This document shows positions 8,495-16,828 of a stretch of 64,000 bases of DNA, piece by piece. Source of the DNA: an uncultured Aminicenantes bacterium (GTDB lineage: Bacteria; Acidobacteriota; Aminicenantia; UBA2199); contig CBDAFS010000062.1 in the NCBI GenBank assembly GCA_965195285.1, forward strand, positions 139,165 through 203,164. Reading direction: 5' to 3'. The translations under genes were made by a program, and so were the position numbers. Numbering within the stretch: the stretch's first letter is position 1; every line of letters begins with the position of its first letter. The notes beneath the pieces were generated by a model, which made no database searches, had not been told where the DNA came from, and saw nothing but the letters and a program-made list of their open reading frames with translations.

Positions 8495-10025
8495 ACCCGC
8501 CTCCTCCCGGGGTTTCAATCACCAACAGGTCGCCGGCTTTGATAGCAATATTCAATTTTGAATTCAACTGTTGCTTTTTCCCTTCCCGGATCATGGTGTT
8601 TTTTCCCCTGCGGCCGGACCGGCCTCCGTTCAATCCATAGGGTCCCCGGGTTCTTCGTTCGGAAAGGATACTGGCCTGACCCGCTGTCAAAAACCGGTAT
8701 GACCTCAGCAGGCCGTTCCCGCCATTAAACTTGCCCTTTCCCCCCGAGTTTTTCCGCAAAGAATATTGTTCGATCCGGACCGGAAAATCCCTTTCCATGG
8801 CTTCGATCGGCGTATTCAGGGAATTGGTCATATGAGAATGAACCCCGGACTCACCATGAAAACCGGGCCCGGCCCCGGTTCCGCCTCCCAAGGTTTCATA
8901 ATAGGTAAAACCCTTTCCTCCAAATGAAATGTTATTCATGGTTCCCTGGGAAGCTGCCGGAATTTTATCCGGAACTGCCCCGGCTAGAGCACCCAGCAAC
9001 ACATCAACGATTCTCTGGGAGGTCTCCACATTGCCGCCGGCCAGACCTGCCGGTCTGGAGGCATTGACCAGGGTATTTTCAGGTAAAATGAGTTGAACCG
9101 CCCGCATTAAACCTGAATTGATCGGGATATCCTCCTCCAGAAGCGTGGTCAGAACATACAAGACTGCGGAATAAGTAACCGCACGGTTGGTATTTATACC
9201 TCCGGTCACCTGGGGAGCGGTTCCGCTAAAATCAATGACCATTTTTTCCTTCTCAACTTTTATTTTCACCGAAATCAAAATATCTTTTTCACTAAAGCCA
9301 TCATCATCCATAAAATCCCTGAATCCATATTCTCCATCCGGTATTTCTCGAATAACCGACTCAAAAACCCGTTCCGTATAATCAATTAAAAACCGGGAAT
9401 ACCTTGATAACTGTTTGAATCCATATTTTTCGATGTTGGCCATGATACGGGCTATTCCTCTTCTATTGGAAGCAATCTGGGCCAGCAAATCCCCTTTCCG
9501 TTCAAAGGGACTTCGGACATTTGACAGTATGAACTGTAGAATTTCCGGATCAATCTGATCCCGCTTTAGAATTTTGAGCGGAGGGATAATGATACCTTCC
9601 TGAAAGATCTCCGAGGAAAGCGGCATGGAACCGGCCTGCATTCCACCCACATCACTGTGATGAGCCCGGTTGGCCACAAAAAACACCAAATTGTTTTTAT
9701 AAAAAACAGGCGCAATCAGGGTGATATCCGGTAGATGGGTCCCACCCCGAAAGGGATCATTGAGAATGACCATGTCTCCGGGTAGAAATTGTATTTCTTT
9801 GAGGGCAGCTTCCACTGAAAGCGGCATGGCTCCCAGATGGACCGGAATATGGGACCCAAAGGCAAAACTTTCCCCGGAGCCGGTAAACAGGGCGCAGGAA
9901 AAATCTTTACGCTCTTTGATATTCGGTGAAAAGGCCGAGTACTGAAGAATCTTTCCCATTTCCTCTGATATGGACTGGAAAATATTCTTGAAAATGGTGA
10001 TCCGAATCACATCCATTTCAGTCAT
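8478..10025 (-). CDS. hyuB: Hydantoinase B / 5-oxoprolinase subunit
   Basis: SPNIKERKDFS, NDPFRGGTHLPD, HHSDVGG, TPGGGGYG. Confidence 0.9.
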   Translation of the reverse strand: MTEMDVIRITIFKNIFQSISEEMGKILQYSAFSPNIKERKDFSCALFTGSGESFAFGSHIPVHLGAMPLSVEAALKEIQFLPGDMVILNDPFRGGTHLPDITLIAPVFYKNNLVFFVANRAHHSDVGGMQAGSMPLSSEIFQEGIIIPPLKILKRDQIDPEILQFILSNVRSPFERKGDLLAQIASNRRGIARIMANIEKYGFKQLSRYSRFLIDYTERVFESVIREIPDGEYGFRDFMDDDGFSEKDILISVKIKVEKEKMVIDFSGTAPQVTGGINTNRAVTYSAVLYVLTTLLEEDIPINSGLMRAVQLILPENTLVNASRPAGLAGGNVETSQRIVDVLLGALAGAVPDKIPAASQGTMNNISFGGKGFTYYETLGGGTGAGPGFHGESGVHSHMTNSLNTPIEAMERDFPVRIEQYSLRKNSGGKGKFNGGNGLLRSYRFLTAGQASILSERRTRGPYGLNGGRSGRRGKNTMIREGKKQQLNSKLNIAIKAGDLLVIETPGGGGYGKKE

Positions 10026-11995
10026 CCAGCCACCCCCTTTCTGGTCAATATCAGGTTGGTGTATTCATCCACCCGCACTTTAAAATCCCGTTCCACAACC
10101 ACTGTTGAAGTATCGGAAACCACAATGGCCGGAACCCGGATATCCTGTCCCGGTTGAATAGCGTCCCGGTGATACACATAAAATGCCTGGAAATCTCCGT
10201 TAAAATAAATCCGTTTTTTATCCAGAAAGGGTGCTTGGCCGGACTGTTTTCTCTTCTTCCTGATCCTGATTTCCGAAGTTCTCCCCAGAGCCATCACTCT
10301 CAAATTCACAATTTCACAATCCGGATCATCCAGCCTGTATGAATACAACCTGTTGTGTTTTCGATGAAAATCCTGAATAAAATCGGGACCGAAGGGAACC
10401 GTCAGCTCAAAGGATTGGCCCCGGTAGCGTATATCCAGTTCCCGCTGAATAACAGAATTTTCTTCTGAAAACCCGTCCTGCATCAACACCCGGTTTGCTT
10501 CCCGGATGATTTTGGAAAAACCCCTCTCAATTTCCCGGCTAATTCCCGGTCCAAAAGGTTTTAAAAATGAGTGGGAAAATTCCTTCTGAAAATCTGCCAC
10601 CAGCATCCCCAGAGCGGAAAAAATCCCCTGATACGGGGGAATTAAAATCCGGTTTATGCCCAGTCTGTCAGCCAATAATGTGGCCACCATTCCTCCCGCA
10701 CCCCCGAAAGGCAAAAGCGTATAGAACCGGGGATCTTCACCTTTTTCAAGGGTGACCGCTCGCAGGGCCTTTTCTATAGCTGAAACGGAAATCATGATTA
10801 TTCCCTCAGCGGTTTCATGCAGCGTCTTACCCACACTGCGGGCAATTCTATTCACTGCCTGAATACTTTTTTGGGGGAAGATTTTCATATTCCCGCCCAG
10901 GAATAACTCCGGTTGAATAATTCCGTTTACCACAAAAGCATCGGTCACAGTGGGAAGCTGAGATTTTCCATAACAGGCCGGCCCGGGATCCGCGCCGGCA
11001 CTCTCCGGCCCCACCTGCAGCACCCCTCCACGGTCAATTTTAGCAATGGACCCCCCACCGGCACCCACAGTGGCAATGTCAATAATGGGAATTCGCAGGG
11101 GAAGGTTCTCCATATATCCATCCCGGGTCAGCAGCAGCTGCCCGCTTTTTATGATGGAGACATCGGTTGAAGTGCCTCCCATATCCAGGGTAATGATATT
11201 GGGATTCCGGGTCAACCCGGAAAACCGCCTGGCGGCAATCACACCTCCGGCAGGACCGGACATGATGGTTCTGACCGGTTCTTCGATTATTCTTTCGGGT
11301 GGTAATACCCCTCCGTTTGACTGCATAATATAAAATCTATTCCGCTCCAGTTTGCTTTTGAGACTGTTGACATATGTGGCAATTATGGGTTTCAGGCTTG
11401 AGTTCAATATGGTGACCACTGCCCGCTCATATTCACGGTATTCGGGCATGATTTCCGAACTGGCCGTTACCTGAAAACCATGATTTCTAAAAATCTCGGC
11501 GACCTTGTTTTCATTTTCAGGGTTCTGATAGGAATGCAGAAAAACAATTCCAACGGCCACAATTCCCTGTTTTTTCATTCTGTCGATGAGTTTGGGAAGA
11601 CCGGAAGTGACAGCCGGTTTCAAAAGGGTTCCATCGGCCAGGGTTCTCTCTTCAAGGCCGTAGCAACGGGAAAGGGGAATGAGTTGAAAAGGTTTTTTCA
11701 CCTGAAATGAAAACAGGCTGGTCCGGTTCTGACGCCCAATAACCAGCAGGTGCTCAAACCCCCGGGTGGCTACAAAAGCGACCCGGGCCATTTTTTTCTG
11801 CAAAAAGGCATTGGTGGCTACGGTGGTACCGTGGACCAGTTCAAACGATGATCCCCCTACCGAATCCAGTCCCCTCTGAATTGAATTTGCAGGGTTTTCC
11901 GGAGTGGAGGGCAACTTTGAAGTTTTAATATTTTTCCCGTCAAAAAAAACAAAGTCGGTAAAAGTACCTCCGGTATCAACACCAATTCTCAACAT
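10022..11995 (-). CDS. hyuA: Hydantoinase A / 5-oxoprolinase ATP-binding subunit
   Basis: GVDTGGTFTD, HGTTVATN, SGPAGG, DMGGTSTD, GAGGGS, PGPACY. Confidence 0.9.
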   Translation of the reverse strand: MLRIGVDTGGTFTDFVFFDGKNIKTSKLPSTPENPANSIQRGLDSVGGSSFELVHGTTVATNAFLQKKMARVAFVATRGFEHLLVIGRQNRTSLFSFQVKKPFQLIPLSRCYGLEERTLADGTLLKPAVTSGLPKLIDRMKKQGIVAVGIVFLHSYQNPENENKVAEIFRNHGFQVTASSEIMPEYREYERAVVTILNSSLKPIIATYVNSLKSKLERNRFYIMQSNGGVLPPERIIEEPVRTIMSGPAGGVIAARRFSGLTRNPNIITLDMGGTSTDVSIIKSGQLLLTRDGYMENLPLRIPIIDIATVGAGGGSIAKIDRGGVLQVGPESAGADPGPACYGKSQLPTVTDAFVVNGIIQPELFLGGNMKIFPQKSIQAVNRIARSVGKTLHETAEGIIMISVSAIEKALRAVTLEKGEDPRFYTLLPFGGAGGMVATLLADRLGINRILIPPYQGIFSALGMLVADFQKEFSHSFLKPFGPGISREIERGFSKIIREANRVLMQDGFSEENSVIQRELDIRYRGQSFELTVPFGPDFIQDFHRKHNRLYSYRLDDPDCEIVNLRVMALGRTSEIRIRKKRKQSGQAPFLDKKRIYFNGDFQAFYVYHRDAIQPGQDIRVPAIVVSDTSTVVVERDFKVRVDEYTNLILTRKGVAG

Positions 11996-12014
11996 TTTCT
12001 CCCAATCGGATTAT

Positions 12015-13484
12015 TCAAATTTTTATATTCAGCTTTTTAAATAATTTTAACCCATCTTCACGGGTGTCAAATTCACCATCCAGCTGAAGTTCATACAGTT
12101 TCTTCAATAGTTCACCCATTTTTTTCCCCGGGGGAACACCCATGTCCAGCAAATCCCGGCCCAGAATCAGCGGTTTTATGGTCTCCTTGCTGATATTCAG
12201 TTCTTCTTTTTTCCCAAAAAACCATTTGGTAACTCTATCCAGCCGGGTAAAGGCCAGGGGTCTGGATCGCCGGGACTGGCGATCCGAAAAATCAAGCAAT
12301 GCCAGTAGAAAATCATGGCCATTTAAATCCTTCACGATTCGGGAAATGGCCTTGAAGCCGATCTCCTCTTTGTTTCGGTACAAATCATAGATCCGGTGAT
12401 GGTTTTTAATCAAATCAAGGATGGTTGCTTTCAGCGGAAAATGGCTCCGGGTTTCAATTTTTAGTTCAGACAAAAACGAATCCGCAATCCTGCCTCCCCT
12501 GGAATCATGTGACAGGGAGGTAACGGTCATCCGGTTTCGCTTGAATTCCCACTTGGTGGTGGCCGGTTTGCCAATGTCATGAAGCAGGGCTGCCAGGAGC
12601 AGGGCCAGGGAATTTTCTTCATCCAATTCAAACATCCGGCTGACTTTCCGGGCAATATCAACCGTAATCAAGGTATGGGCCCACACACTGTGATGACCGT
12701 ATTCATCCCTTTCCGGATGAAAAATCGAGTCTTGAATGGTCATGGTGAGCTTAAAAAGTGCCGGAAATATTTTTTCCAGGACCGATAATTTAAAATACTC
12801 ATTCAATCCCAGGGAAGGCTGATCCGATTCCAGCAACAAGCGATACAACTCTTCCTGAATCCTCTCTTTGCTTAATTCATTAAGGTTGACATTCTTGGCA
12901 TTGGAATAGATATCTGGATCAACTGAAAAATGGTGAACCGAACTGAACCGGGCACACCTGAGAATCCGGAGCGGATCATCAAAAAAGGTGTCGGGTCCGG
13001 TCATTGTTATTTTTTTTTCCCGGATGGACTTAACCCCATCGAATGGATCGACCAGCTTGTGGTCAATCAAACGCAGGGCCAGGGAATTGCAAGTAAAATC
13101 CCTCCGCTTCAGATCTTCTTCGAGTTTTATATGGGGTCCGTACTCGATGATGAAATTTTTATGTGAATGCGACTCTTTTTCCTTTTTTACATCTCTCCTG
13201 GGTATGGATATATCAAAACTATGCCCCTCTCTGGTAAATTTCACCACAGCAAAACTTTTCCCTACCGTATTGGTCTTTCCGTATCCGGATAATTTTTTTT
13301 CGATTTCATCATAGCCGTGATCAATGACCACCAGGTCTATATCCTGATTCAAATTGATTTCTTTATAAAGCAGGTAATCCCTGATGGTCCCCCCCACCAG
13401 ATACACCTTGTCTTCAAATATTTTTATAAATAAATCTTTTAGAGGGAAATCAATTTTTTTTAGAATCATGGGTAAGAAATTCAT
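12015..13484 (-). CDS. cca: tRNA nucleotidyltransferase (CCA/A-adding, class II) with HD domain
   Basis: LVGGTIRD, DIDL, EDLKRRDFT, DDPLRILR, LLHDIGK; start may be 13469. Confidence 0.85.
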   Translation of the reverse strand: MNFLPMILKKIDFPLKDLFIKIFEDKVYLVGGTIRDYLLYKEINLNQDIDLVVIDHGYDEIEKKLSGYGKTNTVGKSFAVVKFTREGHSFDISIPRRDVKKEKESHSHKNFIIEYGPHIKLEEDLKRRDFTCNSLALRLIDHKLVDPFDGVKSIREKKITMTGPDTFFDDPLRILRCARFSSVHHFSVDPDIYSNAKNVNLNELSKERIQEELYRLLLESDQPSLGLNEYFKLSVLEKIFPALFKLTMTIQDSIFHPERDEYGHHSVWAHTLITVDIARKVSRMFELDEENSLALLLAALLHDIGKPATTKWEFKRNRMTVTSLSHDSRGGRIADSFLSELKIETRSHFPLKATILDLIKNHHRIYDLYRNKEEIGFKAISRIVKDLNGHDFLLALLDFSDRQSRRSRPLAFTRLDRVTKWFFGKKEELNISKETIKPLILGRDLLDMGVPPGKKMGELLKKLYELQLDGEFDTREDGLKLFKKLNIKI

Positions 13485-13971
13485 CCAGATATTTTAAAAA
13501 AACCTTCAGTTCTTCAAACTGATCCTCATGAATATGCTCAATAAAAAAGGCCAAGAAATTATTCTTGATTCGATGTTCTTTCCTGACCAGTTTCAACTCG
13601 GCAACCCGAAATTGGTTGATGGGAGTAACCACCAGCACCTGTTTCAAAACCACATTTAACGGTAGTTTTTTCAAGGGGAATCGGGACTCTGCCAAAATTC
13701 CGGTCAGCGATATGTCAATGACCGATGCCTTCAGCCGGGGAAAAGGTTCTCCGGAAAAATTCAGAAAAACATCTATTGAATCCGGAATCAGAATCCGGGG
13801 GATTGTCCTCAGGTTATTTTTTTCCAGATCATGTTCCGACCGGAAGGTTTTGAATTTTTCCTTTATTTCCTTTTTTTTCCTTTTTTCCTGAATCCGGAAA
13901 AAGACCATCAACAAAATCAGCAATCCGAGAAATAAAACCGAAAAAACCAGTACACTGTCCAATCTTTCCAT
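13450..13971 (-). CDS. Membrane-anchored PilZ-like protein
   Basis: N-terminal TM, RTIPR and DISLTG motifs; upstream TTGACA-N17-TATTAT. Confidence 0.65.
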   Translation of the reverse strand: MERLDSVLVFSVLFLGLLILLMVFFRIQEKRKKKEIKEKFKTFRSEHDLEKNNLRTIPRILIPDSIDVFLNFSGEPFPRLKASVIDISLTGILAESRFPLKKLPLNVVLKQVLVVTPINQFRVAELKLVRKEHRIKNNFLAFFIEHIHEDQFEELKVFLKYLDEFLTHDSKKN

Positions 13972-14094
13972 GTTCGGTCAACCCATACTGGGAATAATAA
14001 AGATTTTTTTCTGAAGTGTCAAACCAAAACCGGGATTTTTCCAATCATAAAACCCGTCCGGACCGAAAAATTCCACCCGGAGATCGTTCATCTA

Positions 14095-14123
14095 TTGAAC
14101 TTTTTAGATTAAAGTTGTATATT
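14095..14123 (+). promoter_or_regulatory. Putative sigma-70 promoter, leaderless transcript
   Basis: TTGAAC-N17-TATATT, ATG 5 nt downstream, no SD. Confidence 0.5.
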
Positions 14124-14128
14124 TAAAT

Positions 14129-15532
14129 ATGGATATTTCTTTTTATTCACACGGAGCCTGCCGGGAAGTCACCGGATCAAAACATTTTATCCGGACCGAA
14201 TCGGATATCATTCAGATCGACAGTGGCATGTTCCAGGGAAAACGCAAACAGTCTTACCTGAAGAACAGGGAATTGAAATTTTCTCCATCCCAGGTTAAAT
14301 CGGTTCTGCTCACTCATGGTCATTTTGACCATTCGGGTGCCCTGCCCATATTGATCAACAATGGTTTTTCCGGCTCTATTTTTTCAACCCCGGCCACCCG
14401 GGATATCGCTAATATTATTCTCCTGGACAGCGCTTACATTCAAAAAAAGGACTACGAGTACATCCAGGATAAAATATCCAAACAACCGGAGAGGAAACTG
14501 AAATTGTACGAACCGCTTTATTCAATTCAGGATGTGGTGAACACCATGCATCATTTTGTCACCCTGGATTATCACAAACTATTTTCCCCCGCCCCCGGAA
14601 TTGAAGCCACATTCTATGATGCCGGGCATATTCTTGGCAGTTCTATGATCTATTTGAATATTCGTGATCAATTGAAGGTTGGTTTTTCCGGAGACCTGGG
14701 AAGGCAGGACCTGCCCATTATCAGGGATCCCGAAATAATGCCCCCAATGGATTATCTGATATTAGAAGGCACCTACGGAGATCGATTACACCAGTCCATC
14801 GGCATGGGTCAGGAGGAGTTAGGAGAAATGATTAACCAGACTGTCCGGAAGAAAGGTAAAATAATCATTCCGGCTTTTACCATAGAAAGAACCCAGGAAC
14901 TCATATATTTTATTCATTCATTGCTTTTAAACGACCAGATCCCGCCCATACCCATCTATATTGATTCACCCATGGCCGTTAATGCAACCGCCATTTTTGC
15001 CACCCATCCGGAATGTTTCGATCAAGAAACCTATGAGAATTTTACCTCCCTGAATATCAATCCATTCGGTTTCGACAACATCAAATATATTGTCTCCACC
15101 CAAGAATCCATTGCCCTGAATTCACAAAAAGGCCCCGCCATTATCATTTCAGCCAGCGGTATGGCTGAAAACGGGCGGATACTCCATCATTTAAAGAACA
15201 ATATCGAGGACCCTTCAAACACCATTGCCATTGTGGGTTTTATGGCTGAAAACACTTTGGGTCGAAAATTAGTGGAACAACACAAGCAAATTAAAATTTT
15301 CGGAAAAACATACCCGGTAAAGGCCAAAATCCGGACCCTGAATGCATTCTCCGGTCATGCCGACTATGAAGAAATCATCAACTGGCTGGGAAGACACGAT
15401 TTATCCCGAATGAAGAAAATATTCCTGGTTCACGGCGAGGAAAAGGCGTTGAAGAGCCTGAAATCAAAGCTGCTTTCCTTTGGAATCAAACAGGTTGAAA
15501 TTGCCGAGTATGACCAGGTATATGGATTGTGA
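14129..15532 (+). CDS. MBL-fold beta-CASP ribonuclease
   Basis: THGHFDHSG, AGHILGS, SGDLG, ISASGM, FSGHAD, LVHGE. Confidence 0.9.
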   Translation: MDISFYSHGACREVTGSKHFIRTESDIIQIDSGMFQGKRKQSYLKNRELKFSPSQVKSVLLTHGHFDHSGALPILINNGFSGSIFSTPATRDIANIILLDSAYIQKKDYEYIQDKISKQPERKLKLYEPLYSIQDVVNTMHHFVTLDYHKLFSPAPGIEATFYDAGHILGSSMIYLNIRDQLKVGFSGDLGRQDLPIIRDPEIMPPMDYLILEGTYGDRLHQSIGMGQEELGEMINQTVRKKGKIIIPAFTIERTQELIYFIHSLLLNDQIPPIPIYIDSPMAVNATAIFATHPECFDQETYENFTSLNINPFGFDNIKYIVSTQESIALNSQKGPAIIISASGMAENGRILHHLKNNIEDPSNTIAIVGFMAENTLGRKLVEQHKQIKIFGKTYPVKAKIRTLNAFSGHADYEEIINWLGRHDLSRMKKIFLVHGEEKALKSLKSKLLSFGIKQVEIAEYDQVYGL

Positions 15533-15631
15533 GGCCTAATTGACCGGCCAGGCCAGGCCATAGTTCCCTGAAAACTTGATATTTAATAGATTATATAATA
15601 TATTATATATGAGAATATCTGGAGATACAGC

Positions 15632-16828
15632 ATGAATATTGATGACCTCCTAAAAATTTCAGTGGAAAGAGGGGCATCGGATTTGCATCTGAAAGTCGGA
15701 AACCATCCGGTTTTAAGAATAAGCGGATTATTGCATCCCCTCGTTGAACTCAAACGATTGATGCAGGAAGACACCATTGCCATGTCTTTCTCAATCATGA
15801 ATGCCGAGCAAAAGGATCGATTTAAAAAAGAACATGAAATCGATATGGCTCACAGTGTCCCGGGACTGGGGCGGTTTCGTTGCAATGTGTTTCATCAGAG
15901 GGGTGCCATCGGAATGGTAATGAGGGTGATCCCCACCCAGGTCAAAGCCATTTCCGATCTAAACCTGCCTCTGGTTCTGGAAAAAATTGCCGATGAGCGA
16001 AGGGGAATGGTGCTGGTAACCGGAACCACGGGAAGCGGGAAATCCACAACCCTGGCAGCCATGATCGATCACATCAATACCCATCGAATCGAACATATGA
16101 TCACCATTGAAGATCCCATTGAATACCTGCACCGGGATAAAAAAAGTATTCTCAACCAGAGGGAAGTCGGTCAGGACACCAATAGTTTCTCCACCGCCTT
16201 GAGAAGCGCTTTGAGAGAAGACCCGGATGTTATTCTGGTCGGCGAAATGAGGGATCTGGAAACCATCGAAACCGCATTGTTGGCTGCAGAAACCGGCCAC
16301 ATGTTGCTATCCACGCTTCATACTCTGGATGCTCCCGAAACCATAAACCGAATCATCTCCATGTTCCCCCCCCACCACCAGAAGCAAATCAGAATACAGT
16401 TAGCATCGGTTTTAAAGGCCATTATATCCATGCGCCTGATCCCCAGAGCAGACCAGAAAGGCCGGGTTCCAGCAGTTGAAATACTGGTCAATACCCCCTT
16501 TATCCAGGACTGTATTACGGTACCGGAAAAAACCAAACTCATCAGAGAAGCCATTTCCACCGGAGTTTCTCAATATGGCATGCAAACCTTTGACCAATCA
16601 CTGTTTTTCCTCTATGAAAAAAAATTCATTAGTTATGAGGAGGCCTTGAAATGGGCTTCCAATCCGGATGAATTCAAACTCAAAAAAATCGGAATCCAAT
16701 CCACCAAAGATATGTCCCAGCAAGAAATTGAAAAACGGATGTCCGATATCGGTCAGGCCGAAGGACCGGAAAGTAAAACGGATTCGGATTTCGAAGATCA
16801 CCACCTTCTGGATATTGACAATATATGA
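15632..16828 (+). CDS. pilT: Type IV pilus retraction ATPase PilT/PilU
   Basis: ASDLHL, GTTGSGKST, TIEDPIE, ALREDPD, GEMRD, STLHT, GMQT. Confidence 0.9.
   Translation: MNIDDLLKISVERGASDLHLKVGNHPVLRISGLLHPLVELKRLMQEDTIAMSFSIMNAEQKDRFKKEHEIDMAHSVPGLGRFRCNVFHQRGAIGMVMRVIPTQVKAISDLNLPLVLEKIADERRGMVLVTGTTGSGKSTTLAAMIDHINTHRIEHMITIEDPIEYLHRDKKSILNQREVGQDTNSFSTALRSALREDPDVILVGEMRDLETIETALLAAETGHMLLSTLHTLDAPETINRIISMFPPHHQKQIRIQLASVLKAIISMRLIPRADQKGRVPAVEILVNTPFIQDCITVPEKTKLIREAISTGVSQYGMQTFDQSLFFLYEKKFISYEEALKWASNPDEFKLKKIGIQSTKDMSQQEIEKRMSDIGQAEGPESKTDSDFEDHHLLDIDNI

Noticed and set aside
15545-15560. Short tandem GGCCA repeat
   Set aside because: Only three units; not a CRISPR array and no clear function
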